From NCBI GenBank assembly GCA_938038205.1, contig CALHSA010000001.1:211-64210 (forward strand): a stretch of 64,000 nt of DNA. The letters are read 5' to 3'. Numbering within the stretch: the first letter of the stretch is position 1; each line of letters begins with the position of its first letter. Made by a program: the position numbers and the translations under genes. Under the pieces are notes generated by a model. The model did not search any database. It saw only the letters and a list, made by a program, of their open reading frames with translations, and had not been told where the DNA came from. This DNA is from an uncultured bacterium. Its GTDB lineage: Bacteria; Bdellovibrionota_C; UBA2361; JANWWW01. Below, piece by piece: positions 43,975-53,453 of the stretch.

Positions 43975-46393
43975 TCTCCCTGTATTGCTTTTGGTTGCTC
44001 AACAAGATTTTGACATCATTGCAAGAGAGGCTGATCTTCCTGCGTTAATTAAAGTCTGGAGTAAAAAATTTGGAAAGAATTTTATTCTTGATGAGAGGGT
44101 TAAAGGTAAAGTTACGCTTTACCTTCCTGCAGATTTGAGTGATCAGGATGCACTTAATATTTTAGACCTTCTACTTCACTACAAAGGTTTTGCTTCCGTG
44201 CCGGTTGGAGAGAATCTGTATAAAATAGTGCCTCTGAAAGAAGCTAAACAAGGAACTATTAAAAGCGTGACAACGGCCTCGGAAAACTCTGCAAGTATAG
44301 TAACCAAAATTAGGAAACTGAAATACAACAGCGCTGATGAGATTTCAAAGGTGATTCAACCTCTTCTTGGCCCTGATGGTTTTCTCTCTTCAATATCAAC
44401 TAACAACTCTATTATGATAATAGATTCAGAGCAAAATATAGCTAGAATTGACTCTATTATTAATTCACTTGATGTTCCGCCAACTGAGATTGAACTAACT
44501 ATTATTCCTCTTCAACACACTGATGCGAAGGAAATGGCAGACAGAATAAAGGAGCTTTTTGATCTAGGAAGTGATTCTTCTTCCCTTGGAAGATTAGCTG
44601 ATCCTGCAAGAGCAAGGCCGCAAGCGGTTAGTCTTCCGCAAATGGAGAATGTTCAGGCTCAACAAGCAGGCTTTGTAAGAGTTGGAGCAAAAGAAAGTAA
44701 TGTTAAAGTGGTAGCTGATGAAAGAAGTAATTCAATTATTGTTGTTGCTGATCCTGTAAATACCCTAAAAATACGGGCTATAGTAACTCAATTAGACTCT
44801 CCAGTTAATAGAAGTGGAAGAAGATTCTATTTTTATAAATGTAGGTTTTCCCGAGCAGAGGATATTGCAAGCACTTTAGCGAGTTTAGTTGGTGGTACCG
44901 TTAGCGAGACAAGGAGTCAGCCGCAGCAATTCTCAGAATCTGCTCGAAGAGATAGTTTGTTGCTTGGTCCAAGACAAGATGGCTCAAGGAGTGGACGGAG
45001 ATTGGGAGAAAGTCGAATATCTCAGGATAAGCGACAATCAACGGGTGCAAAAATTTCAGATGATTTGAGTATAACCGCTGATCCCAGTACAAATTCAATC
45101 ATAATATACGCAACAAGATCTGAGTACGAAAAAATCATTAGTTTAATGAAAGACTTAGATGTAAGGAAAAAACAGGTTTTAGTTGAAGCAACGATTTTAG
45201 AGGTTCAGCTTTTAAAACAATTCAACAGTGACATTGACTTTATTACATCACTATCTGGCAAAGAGGCTGGAACTTTCGCGCAGAAAGGTTTAATTGACTT
45301 AGCGAGCATTGTTCAAAATCCTCTTAGTTTGTCTGGCTTTACAGCGGCAGTAGCAGGTGTTGGAACACTAAAAATTGCTGACAATGTTGTTATTCCATCG
45401 CAGGCAGCCCTTGTTAGCGCCGCGCAAGCCTCTCAGATTGCGAATGTTTTGAGTGCGCCGCAAATTCTTACTCTTGATAACGAGGATGCGGAGATTTTGG
45501 TAGGACAGAATGTTCCTTTTGTAGTATCTCAATCTACAACTCTTACTAATCTGGATAATCGATTTAATCAGATTGATAGGCAAGATGTTGGAATAACTCT
45601 TAGAATAAGACCCCAAATCGCATCAGAGGATTTAGTTAACTTAAAGATTTTCCTTGAGGTTTCATCTGTTGTTCCTGGGACCGATTCAAACCAACAGGGA
45701 CCCACTACGAATGTAAGAACTCTAGAGACCACAATCTCTGCTAAAAATGGACAGATGATAGTAATTGGAGGACTAATAACAGATGATGCTTCGGAAAGCT
45801 CAGATGGCATACCTTTCCTAAGGGATATACCTGTGATCGGAAATCTTTTTGGTGGTTTAGTGGAAAAAAAGGAGAAAAGAAACCTACTATTATTTATAAC
45901 CCCGAGAATTTTAGTAGATCAGTTCGATTTAAGGGATGAAACTCTGGTTAGAACTAACAGAATGAGAGCAACCATTCAAGAAATACCAAACTCAGTATCA
46001 AGAGACGGGGTGTTAAAAAATCCGGCCATTGATGATGTTCTAATTTTTAACGAATTCGTAAAACCAAATTACCCACCGAGTTTTTCCCCGCAGAGGTCGG
46101 TTTCTGATTTAAGTGAAAAACCAGTAGAGAAGAAGGGTGTTACATTACGTTTAAAAAATACCTGTAAGATTGATGAGCTTCCATTTAAAGTTTTAAATTC
46201 GAGTGCTTGTATTAAGATCAATCAATCAGATTTACTTGATCAAGCCTTGAGTAGTAAGTTACTTGTATATTCTTTACAATCCGGAGATTGTGTTTTTGAG
46301 GTATTAGGCCCTAGTGAGAGTGGTAATTGTTATGAGTTAACTGGCTATGAACTAAGTCGGTTTGGAAAGGATCCATGGCAGTTAAAGAACTAG
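43946..46393 (+). CDS. gspD: Type II secretion system secretin GspD (with internal low-complexity insert and long C-terminal extension)
   Basis: Signal peptide and N0-N3 repeats (e.g. VVADERSNSIIVVADPVN, ITADPSTNSIIIYAT). Secretin domain: VLSAPQILTLDNEDAEILVGQNVPF...MIVIGGLITDD...GIPFLRDIPVIGNLFG...LLLFITPRIL. Confidence 0.9.
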   Translation: MLRLFTTLVSLPVLLLVAQQDFDIIAREADLPALIKVWSKKFGKNFILDERVKGKVTLYLPADLSDQDALNILDLLLHYKGFASVPVGENLYKIVPLKEAKQGTIKSVTTASENSASIVTKIRKLKYNSADEISKVIQPLLGPDGFLSSISTNNSIMIIDSEQNIARIDSIINSLDVPPTEIELTIIPLQHTDAKEMADRIKELFDLGSDSSSLGRLADPARARPQAVSLPQMENVQAQQAGFVRVGAKESNVKVVADERSNSIIVVADPVNTLKIRAIVTQLDSPVNRSGRRFYFYKCRFSRAEDIASTLASLVGGTVSETRSQPQQFSESARRDSLLLGPRQDGSRSGRRLGESRISQDKRQSTGAKISDDLSITADPSTNSIIIYATRSEYEKIISLMKDLDVRKKQVLVEATILEVQLLKQFNSDIDFITSLSGKEAGTFAQKGLIDLASIVQNPLSLSGFTAAVAGVGTLKIADNVVIPSQAALVSAAQASQIANVLSAPQILTLDNEDAEILVGQNVPFVVSQSTTLTNLDNRFNQIDRQDVGITLRIRPQIASEDLVNLKIFLEVSSVVPGTDSNQQGPTTNVRTLETTISAKNGQMIVIGGLITDDASESSDGIPFLRDIPVIGNLFGGLVEKKEKRNLLLFITPRILVDQFDLRDETLVRTNRMRATIQEIPNSVSRDGVLKNPAIDDVLIFNEFVKPNYPPSFSPQRSVSDLSEKPVEKKGVTLRLKNTCKIDELPFKVLNSSACIKINQSDLLDQALSSKLLVYSLQSGDCVFEVLGPSESGNCYELTGYELSRFGKDPWQLKN

Positions 46394-47916
46394 ATTTATC
46401 AAAGGTAGAGCTACCGATTGTGCCAGATAAATCAGTTTTTGATAAAATTCTAGGAGTTTGGGCGAAGGAAAGGCTTACTGTTCCATGCTGTTATGATGGA
46501 CAAAACATAGTATTGATTCAGAAAGGCTCTAAGAATTTATCTGCCTTATATCAATTAAAAAAACTATTAAAATCAAATCTTCAAGTTGTTCAGTTACCAG
46601 ATAGCGATGTTCTTAGAGCTTACTCAGAGTTAAGGAGTAAGCTAATGGCAGACCCTACCCTTACTTCGCTTGCTGGATCAGGGGATGGGCAGCTTTCAGA
46701 TTCTTACGTAAAATTTGAGGTTACGGAGGCGACTGAGGATGACGCACCGGTTATACGCTACGTAAACTCGTTAATTTTTAGAGCTAGTCAACAGAAAGCA
46801 TCAGATATTCATATAGAGCCTTTTGAGGATTGTGTAAAAATTCGATTTAGGATTGATGGAAGATTGTATGATGTTGCGAGGGAAGATAAAGGGTTCAGCT
46901 CCGCCATCATCTCGAGAATTAAAATTTTGGCTGGTATGGACATTGCAGAGAGAAGGTTGCCTCAGGATGGGCGTATAGGAGTTACAGTTACCGGAAGAGA
47001 GTTGGATCTCAGAGTTTCTTCTATTCCTACACAGTTTGGTGAGAGAATTGTTTTGCGTCTTCTTGACAAGAGTGGAGCTTTACTAGAGTTAGAGGATCTT
47101 GGACTTGAAGGGGATAATCTAAACACACTGCTGAATCTTATTCAAAAACCTAACGGAATAATTCTTGTTACTGGACCTACTGGAAGCGGTAAAACTACTA
47201 CTCTTTATGCATGTCTTAAAAGGATAAACACTGAGGATAAAAACATTTTAACAGTAGAAGACCCTATAGAATATCAAATAGAGGGAATAGGTCAGATGCA
47301 AGTTAACAATAAAATAGGGTTTAGTTTTGCGACTGGCTTACGCTCAATTTTAAGACAAGATCCTGATGTTGTAATGGTAGGTGAGATAAGGGATACAGAA
47401 ACAGCTGAGATTGCAATTCAAGCATCATTAACAGGCCATCTTGTTTTTTCAACTTTACACACAAATGATGCACCAGGGGCTATAACTCGATTAATTGATT
47501 TGAATATAGAGCCTTTTTTAGTCTCAAGTAGTTTATTGTGTGTTTTGGCGCAGCGATTAGTGAGAAAATTGTGCCCTTATTGTAAGAAGCCTATCAGAAT
47601 TAATGCACAAGATTTTTATAATCTAGGCTGGCAGGGTAAATTCGATGTTCCTTATTTGGATATTTATGGCCCCGGAGACGAAAATTGTACTCATTGCACT
47701 AATATAAGGTACTTAGGGAGAACCGGAATTCATGAGCTATTAGTGATTAAAGAAAATTTACGGCCACTAATTGTTGGAAGGGCTGATTCTAGAGAAATAA
47801 GAAAGGTAGCTGAAAAAGAGTTGAATTTTAGATCTTTGAGAGTGGATGGTTTACAAAAAGTTTTAAAAGGAATTACTTCAATTGAAGAAGTGCTAATGGT
47901 TACTCATGAAGATTAA
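46375..47916 (+). CDS. gspE: Type II secretion system ATPase GspE
   Basis: Walker A VTGPTGSGKTTTLYA, Asp box, Walker B VVMVGEIRD, His box LVFSTLHTNDA, tetracysteine motif CPYCKK...CTHC. Confidence 0.95.
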   Translation: MAVKELDLSKVELPIVPDKSVFDKILGVWAKERLTVPCCYDGQNIVLIQKGSKNLSALYQLKKLLKSNLQVVQLPDSDVLRAYSELRSKLMADPTLTSLAGSGDGQLSDSYVKFEVTEATEDDAPVIRYVNSLIFRASQQKASDIHIEPFEDCVKIRFRIDGRLYDVAREDKGFSSAIISRIKILAGMDIAERRLPQDGRIGVTVTGRELDLRVSSIPTQFGERIVLRLLDKSGALLELEDLGLEGDNLNTLLNLIQKPNGIILVTGPTGSGKTTTLYACLKRINTEDKNILTVEDPIEYQIEGIGQMQVNNKIGFSFATGLRSILRQDPDVVMVGEIRDTETAEIAIQASLTGHLVFSTLHTNDAPGAITRLIDLNIEPFLVSSSLLCVLAQRLVRKLCPYCKKPIRINAQDFYNLGWQGKFDVPYLDIYGPGDENCTHCTNIRYLGRTGIHELLVIKENLRPLIVGRADSREIRKVAEKELNFRSLRVDGLQKVLKGITSIEEVLMVTHED

Positions 47917-49137
47917 ATGCCACTATACGAGTATTTGGCCTCATCAATAAAAACTGGTGAACTTGTTAAAGGCGAGTTAGAGGCTGATTCCCTTCGTAAC
48001 CTTCGAGTAAATTTACGAAATAATGGATTAGTTTTACTAGAATATTCTGAGAGTGGCAAGCAAGTTGAAAAATCAAAGAGTGTTATAGGGGTACAGCTTA
48101 AGAGAGTAGGTTATTCAGACCTTACTATTTTTACAAAACAATTCGTTACTTTACTCTCAGCGGGTTTTCAGTTGGTTCCAGCTCTTTCTAAAGCGAGTCA
48201 ATTGGTAAAAAATCAAACTTTAAAGGCTTCATTAGTACAAATAAGAGAGAAAGTTGAAGAAGGTAAAAGCTTTAGTGCTGCATTATCGGCTTATCCGAAT
48301 ATATTCCCAGATTTTTACATTAATATGGTAGCTGCAGGCGAGAGATCTGGCAATTTAGAGGCTGTTTTACATAATCTCGCCTCTTTTCTTGAGCGTCAGG
48401 TTGAGTTAACGCGAAAAGTTGTAAGTTCTCTTTTTTATCCTGCAATTATGTTATTGCTAAGTGTCGTTGTTATCATAGTTCTTTTTACTGTTGTTGTCCC
48501 TCAAATCGCTGAAATCTTTGTTAAAGAGGGTGCTAAATTACCATTTATTACAAGGTTAATCCTTGGGGTTAGTTGGTCAATTAAGGAATTTTGGTGGTTA
48601 ATTTTAGGAGTAATCCTACTTATCTTCTTGCGTATTAATCAACTAAGAAAAACCGATGAAGGGAAAGGTAAGATTGATAAGTTTATTTACTCTTTACCAG
48701 TGGTTGGAGAGATTTTATTTAAAATTGATATTGCTAGGTTTGCTCTTACGCTAGGATCTCTATTAAGAGGGGGTGTTGGAATAGTTAATGCTCTAGAGTT
48801 ATCCAAAAAGGTGTTACAAAGTTCTGTGTTAAGACAGAATGTTGTATCAGCTCTTGATGAGGTTAAAAGAGGTAGATCATTATCTGTTTCCCTAAGCTCA
48901 TCCAAATTCCCAGATTTATTCTTGTCGATGATCGCAGTAGGAGAGCAAAGTGGAAATTTGGAAAAAATGCTTCTAAATATTTCTGATTACTATGAGAAGG
49001 ATGCAACTCATTCGCTACAAACTTTAGTTAATTTGATTGAGCCCATATTGATCGTCATTATTGGTTTAATAGTTCTGATAGTCGTTTTTGCTGTAATAAC
49101 TCCTATTGTCGATATGATTAATATTCTTAAAAAATGA
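47917..49137 (+). CDS. gspF: Type II secretion system inner-membrane platform protein GspF
   Basis: Two GspF/PilC repeats (FTKQFVTLLSAGFQLVPAL...MVAAGERSGNLE and ARFALTLGSLLRGGVGIVNAL...MIAVGEQSGNLE) with three TM segments. Confidence 0.9.
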   Translation: MPLYEYLASSIKTGELVKGELEADSLRNLRVNLRNNGLVLLEYSESGKQVEKSKSVIGVQLKRVGYSDLTIFTKQFVTLLSAGFQLVPALSKASQLVKNQTLKASLVQIREKVEEGKSFSAALSAYPNIFPDFYINMVAAGERSGNLEAVLHNLASFLERQVELTRKVVSSLFYPAIMLLLSVVVIIVLFTVVVPQIAEIFVKEGAKLPFITRLILGVSWSIKEFWWLILGVILLIFLRINQLRKTDEGKGKIDKFIYSLPVVGEILFKIDIARFALTLGSLLRGGVGIVNALELSKKVLQSSVLRQNVVSALDEVKRGRSLSVSLSSSKFPDLFLSMIAVGEQSGNLEKMLLNISDYYEKDATHSLQTLVNLIEPILIVIIGLIVLIVVFAVITPIVDMINILKK

Positions 49138-49139
49138 AA

Positions 49140-50330
49140 CTAATCGAGGTTTCTAAAATTACGCTGCACTGCTTGAAGAAATTCTAACGTTGTTACAGGT
49201 TGATTGGATTGAGGGATGAGAGCAGCTAAATCTCTAGTATAAACTCCTCCCTCAACAGTCTGTCTTACAGCCTTTTCAAGCTTTTGGGCACCTTGAACCA
49301 AGTCCAACTTGTTATCAAAGATCCCTCTATAATACAAGGCTTGCGTCCATGCAAAAATACTCGCAATTGGGTTTGTTGAAACACTTTCTCCTTTTTGCCA
49401 TGCTCGGTAATGCCTGGTTACTGTTCCATGTGCAGCTTCCGTTTCAACGACCTTACCGTCAGAAGATAGAAGTACACTAGTCATTAAACCAAGTGATCCA
49501 AAACCCTGCGCAACCATATCACTCTCTACGTCCCCATCATAATTTTTTAGGGCCCAAACAAAACCTCCCTCACTTTTTAACACCTTGGCTACCATGTCAT
49601 CAATTAATCTGTGCTCATATTTTAAATTCTTAGCTTCGAATTTATTGGCAAATTCATTCTGAAAGATCTGCTCAAAAATCTCCTTAAAAAACCCATCATA
49701 AGTTTTTAGAATTGTGTTTTTTGTCGAAAAATAGCAATCGTATCCTCGGAGCAAGGAGAAATTAAAAACGCTCCTTGCAAATCCTTCAATAGATTTTTTT
49801 GTGTTATGTATTGCAAGAAAAATACCCTCTTCATTCAAGTCAAAGGGCTTCTGTTGAGTACTGGCTGTTTTTATCTCAATCTCCGATAAGTTATTTGACC
49901 TAATTTCAAATGGTTTATATTGATCCCCATATGCGTGCCTTGCAACAATAATTGGCAGCCTCCAGTGAGGTATTAGTCGTGGTACATTTGAAATGATAAT
50001 TGGCTCCCTGAAAACTGTACCATTTATTATATTTCTTATGGTTCCGTTTGGACTTGGCCAAAGTTTTTTTAAACTAAACTCTTTAACTCTTTCTTCATCT
50101 GGTGTTATTGTTGCGCATTTTACCCCTACTCTATAAGTTACTACTGCCTTTGCGGCGTCAATTGTAACCTGATCTTCTGTTTTATCACGATTCTGGATCG
50201 ATAGATCATATACAAGTATTGGACCTTCAAAAAATTCATTGATTAAATACTCTTTAATCCAATCCCACATAACTTGAGCCATCTCATCGCCTGTCATTTC
50301 AACAATAGGATTTTCAAACGTTATCTTCAT
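49140..50330 (-). CDS. icd: NADP-dependent isocitrate dehydrogenase, type II (eukaryote-like homodimeric form)
   Basis: VEMTGDEMAQVMW, VGVKCATITPDEERVKEF, SPNGTIRNIINGTVFREPII and ARHAYGDQY closely parallel remembered IDH1/IDP-type sequences. Confidence 0.95.
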   Translation of the reverse strand: MKITFENPIVEMTGDEMAQVMWDWIKEYLINEFFEGPILVYDLSIQNRDKTEDQVTIDAAKAVVTYRVGVKCATITPDEERVKEFSLKKLWPSPNGTIRNIINGTVFREPIIISNVPRLIPHWRLPIIVARHAYGDQYKPFEIRSNNLSEIEIKTASTQQKPFDLNEEGIFLAIHNTKKSIEGFARSVFNFSLLRGYDCYFSTKNTILKTYDGFFKEIFEQIFQNEFANKFEAKNLKYEHRLIDDMVAKVLKSEGGFVWALKNYDGDVESDMVAQGFGSLGLMTSVLLSSDGKVVETEAAHGTVTRHYRAWQKGESVSTNPIASIFAWTQALYYRGIFDNKLDLVQGAQKLEKAVRQTVEGGVYTRDLAALIPQSNQPVTTLEFLQAVQRNFRNLD

Positions 50331-50371
50331 ACCTGAGTATTTTCTTGTTTTTTCCGGTTTAAAATCAAACT

Positions 50372-51898
50372 TTAAAACCTTATTCTTATGCCAGCAGATT
50401 CAATTCTTTGTCTTAGATCAGAGTAGCTTATACTCTGAACATTTACGTTAGAATCTAAAGCTAAATTAGCTGCTATAGCAGCACTTTGCCCAAGCATCAT
50501 GAAAGTGGGCTCCATCCTGATCCCACTATATGCAATATACGAGGCTGATAAAGCTACTGGAACAAGAAGATTTTTGATCTCGCTTTCTCTTGGCGTAATA
50601 CTTCTATACGGGATACTATAAGGCTTAAAATCGTATTCCCTTACAAAACCTTCCACTTTAACAAAACCTTCCAAATCCAACCTCTGAACTATGTGAGATT
50701 CTATTGGACAGGTTCCCGTAGCTATTGAATCCCAGTGTCGTCTACCTTTTTGAAGATCCTGCTGTTTCATTACATAACGACCAATCATACGCCTTGCAAC
50801 TCTTACATACATTTGTTCTGGCCAGTTATTGTTATTCCTAAATTCGTCACGACAAAGACCATACTTTTTCATTTGAAGTCTTAAACTTGCTGGAACAAGG
50901 TGATCGTTAGCTAGAAAAAAAAGGAGTCCTTGGAGGTATAGTTTATGTTGTTTAAAAATTCTTTCTCTTGTTATTCCATCCGCCTCCGGATAATCCCAGT
51001 TTTCACCAACTAAATTTGTTGAGAAAGGCCCTCTGTTATTTAAATCAAATTTCTGATTCGGTAAAGGACTTAAGTTAAGTATCTCATTAATGCGCCTCAC
51101 AGGTTTCATCCGAATATATTTTGCATGAAGAAAATATTTACTCCGGTCATAACCACTTGGCTTAGAAAAGTTAACTTTATTTGGTCCATGTGAAGTGAGA
51201 CAAAGCCGAAAATTGTAAGCCATAATTTTTCTATCGCCCTGACCAGGTGGTACTACTTGGCCTGAATTAACACCAAAATACAGCCTTCCTCTTCTATCAC
51301 GAGATGGTAAGTTGAAAGTTATTTGCTCCCGACCTTTACTTATTCTAAAACCTGCATAACTTTCACCATACTCGTCCTTACTCTCTCTGCCAACAGCGTA
51401 AGATACCCCTGCTTTAGCTAAAAGATCGCCTTCATAGCTAGCATCAATAAACAATCGCGCCTCCAGAAACCTCCCTGATTTTAATTTGACCCTTATGATT
51501 TTACCATCAGATACTATGACATCTTGGATGTCAGATCTAACTATCGGAATTTCTGAGGTCATCCTTTTAAAGACTTTCAGTGCTACTTTAGGTTCAAAAT
51601 TCCACGATATGGATTGATTGTACTCCTGACCAACTTTTTTAAAAAACTCTCTTGCAAGGCCGCCAATGAACCTTGGATTGCAAATATCAGATGCCCCTAA
51701 ACCATTTGTCATCATTCCGCCAATTCTCTCTAATGGCTCAATAATAACAACATGCTTATTATCCCTTTTTAATTGAATAGCCGCAGATATTCCCGCAGGA
51801 GTAGCTCGGTAAACAACAACATCATATCCTGCCTTGAGTATCAAGGGGCAGAGAATCAGGAAAAAAAATTTATACATTACAAGAAGGTTAAACCTCAA
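50372..51898 (-). CDS. FAD-dependent oxidoreductase (PF12831-like), secreted or membrane-associated
   Basis: N-terminal hydrophobic segment, then a dinucleotide-binding beta-alpha-beta (YDVVVYRATPAGISAAIQLKRDNKHVVIIEP). GMMTNGLG follows. Confidence 0.7.
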   Translation of the reverse strand: MRFNLLVMYKFFFLILCPLILKAGYDVVVYRATPAGISAAIQLKRDNKHVVIIEPLERIGGMMTNGLGASDICNPRFIGGLAREFFKKVGQEYNQSISWNFEPKVALKVFKRMTSEIPIVRSDIQDVIVSDGKIIRVKLKSGRFLEARLFIDASYEGDLLAKAGVSYAVGRESKDEYGESYAGFRISKGREQITFNLPSRDRRGRLYFGVNSGQVVPPGQGDRKIMAYNFRLCLTSHGPNKVNFSKPSGYDRSKYFLHAKYIRMKPVRRINEILNLSPLPNQKFDLNNRGPFSTNLVGENWDYPEADGITRERIFKQHKLYLQGLLFFLANDHLVPASLRLQMKKYGLCRDEFRNNNNWPEQMYVRVARRMIGRYVMKQQDLQKGRRHWDSIATGTCPIESHIVQRLDLEGFVKVEGFVREYDFKPYSIPYRSITPRESEIKNLLVPVALSASYIAYSGIRMEPTFMMLGQSAAIAANLALDSNVNVQSISYSDLRQRIESAGIRIRF

Positions 51899-52229
51899 TT
51901 TTAGATTTTACAACTTCTTTTGCTACTTTAATGAACTCATTAAGGTATTCCTCAAGCTTTGGAATATCAACAGCAGGGTTGTTCTCCTTGAGTTTAATCT
52001 CAATCTCTTTTGCAAATGCTCCAACTTTCTCACCTCCAAGGTTTAGCACGGCCCCTTTTAGACTGTGAACCTCTTTGTAGGCTTCAAATAATTCACCCTG
52101 TTCTAGAAAATTTTTGATATTAGCAAGCTGCGCTTTTGCATTATTCTCGAGAAGGTTTAATAACTCCCATAAAAAATTTATATCTTCACCCGCTCTTAAA
52201 TAAGCATCCTCATAGTTAAATATTAGCAT
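51888..52229 (-). CDS. Histidine phosphotransfer (Hpt) domain protein
   Basis: AYKEVHSLKGAVLNLGGEKVGAFAKEIE is a canonical Hpt phospho-His helix. At 113 aa it is the size of a single Hpt four-helix bundle. Confidence 0.75.
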   Translation of the reverse strand: MLIFNYEDAYLRAGEDINFLWELLNLLENNAKAQLANIKNFLEQGELFEAYKEVHSLKGAVLNLGGEKVGAFAKEIEIKLKENNPAVDIPKLEEYLNEFIKVAKEVVKSKIEV

Positions 52230-52248
52230 GTTTTATTCCAGAGGATTA

Positions 52249-52515
52249 CTACAGACCTACCAAGGATATGAGTTCTTTGTAACTGGACGGGTTTTTCTTT
52301 TTCAACCATTTAATCGTGCCTTCCAATCCAAGTTTTTGAATTAATCGTAAACCTTGCGTGGATATTGGTAGCCTTACAAACCTATTTAGCCAAGGCACGA
52401 ATATTCTTTTTTTCTGTAGATTAATATTAAAAACTCTTTTCGTACGTCTGTTTGAATGGCTAACGTTATGACCTACTTGACGAATTTTTCCAGTTATAAT
52501 GCATTTGCGAGCCAC
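52249..52515 (-). CDS. rpmB: 50S ribosomal protein L28
   Basis: MARKCIITGKIRQVGHNVSHSNRRTKRVFNINLQKKR is a typical L28 N-terminus. Confidence 0.9.
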   Translation of the reverse strand: MARKCIITGKIRQVGHNVSHSNRRTKRVFNINLQKKRIFVPWLNRFVRLPISTQGLRLIQKLGLEGTIKWLKKKNPSSYKELISLVGL

Positions 52516-52546
52516 ATCCTTATTCTATGAAAGATTTAGTTCTGAT

Positions 52547-53404
52547 TCAATTTTTCATTAACTTAAGGCAAGTATGGATTTCTTCAACAGCACCCGTAAA
52601 ACTTTTTACACTCGGGGTCTCTAGAATCATTGGTATTCTGAATAATCGGTGATCATTAAATAAATTTCTAAAGAATTCACTCTCTAATTTGCCTTTACCA
52701 ATATTTTCATGTCTATCAACAAAAGAACCAAGATCACTTTTGCTGTCGTTTAGATGAATTAATCCTATTTTTTCAAAAAGATTTAACTCATAAAGATTTT
52801 GTAAAAAATCCTCAAAATTTTCCTTTATGTTATATCCTGAGGCCCATAAATGTTGAGTATCTAAAGCTATGCCAAGGCACTCTGGATTACTTAGTATATC
52901 AAGTATTTCTCTTAAATGTTCTAACTTAGAGCCAACAACAAATTCACGCCCAGCTGATACTTCAAGTAGAAGTGTAAGGGGCCTGTTCTTTAAAATCGGA
53001 GTGATTTGATTGATTTCTTTAGCTACTCTTGATAGTCCAGATTTAATATCAATTCTGTCTGTTATTGAGCCTGGGTGAAAAACGATAGCAGTAGCCTCAG
53101 ATTTTACTAGTAGCTCTGAATATACTTGTAACGAGTAAACTGACTTTTTCCGCAAATCCTCGTTTGGTGATGCTAAGTTAATCAGGTATATTCCGTGAAA
53201 GAAAAGTTTTTGTAAGCCAGATTCTTTAAAAGCGTTCTTTAAATCTAAAGCAAATTTATCTGTAAAAGGTTTTGTGACCCACCGCTGTGGAGCTGAGGGA
53301 TGAATTTGTGCAGCAGTAATTCCAGTTGCACGAGTTATTCTAGACAGTGACTCTAACCCTTCAGATATTGGAACATGTGCTCCAAAAAAATGTGGTTTTG
53401 ACAC
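52547..53404 (-). CDS. nfo: Deoxyribonuclease IV / AP endonuclease family 2 (Nfo)
   Basis: Motifs: GAHV, IVFHPGS, LLLE, ALDTQHLWASGY, IHLNDSK...DRHENIGKG. Confidence 0.85.
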   Translation of the reverse strand: MSKPHFFGAHVPISEGLESLSRITRATGITAAQIHPSAPQRWVTKPFTDKFALDLKNAFKESGLQKLFFHGIYLINLASPNEDLRKKSVYSLQVYSELLVKSEATAIVFHPGSITDRIDIKSGLSRVAKEINQITPILKNRPLTLLLEVSAGREFVVGSKLEHLREILDILSNPECLGIALDTQHLWASGYNIKENFEDFLQNLYELNLFEKIGLIHLNDSKSDLGSFVDRHENIGKGKLESEFFRNLFNDHRLFRIPMILETPSVKSFTGAVEEIHTCLKLMKN

Positions 53405-53453
53405 TAGCTAAGTTTAAAGTTTTTCCTCTTAATGATAAAGTATACCTTATAGA

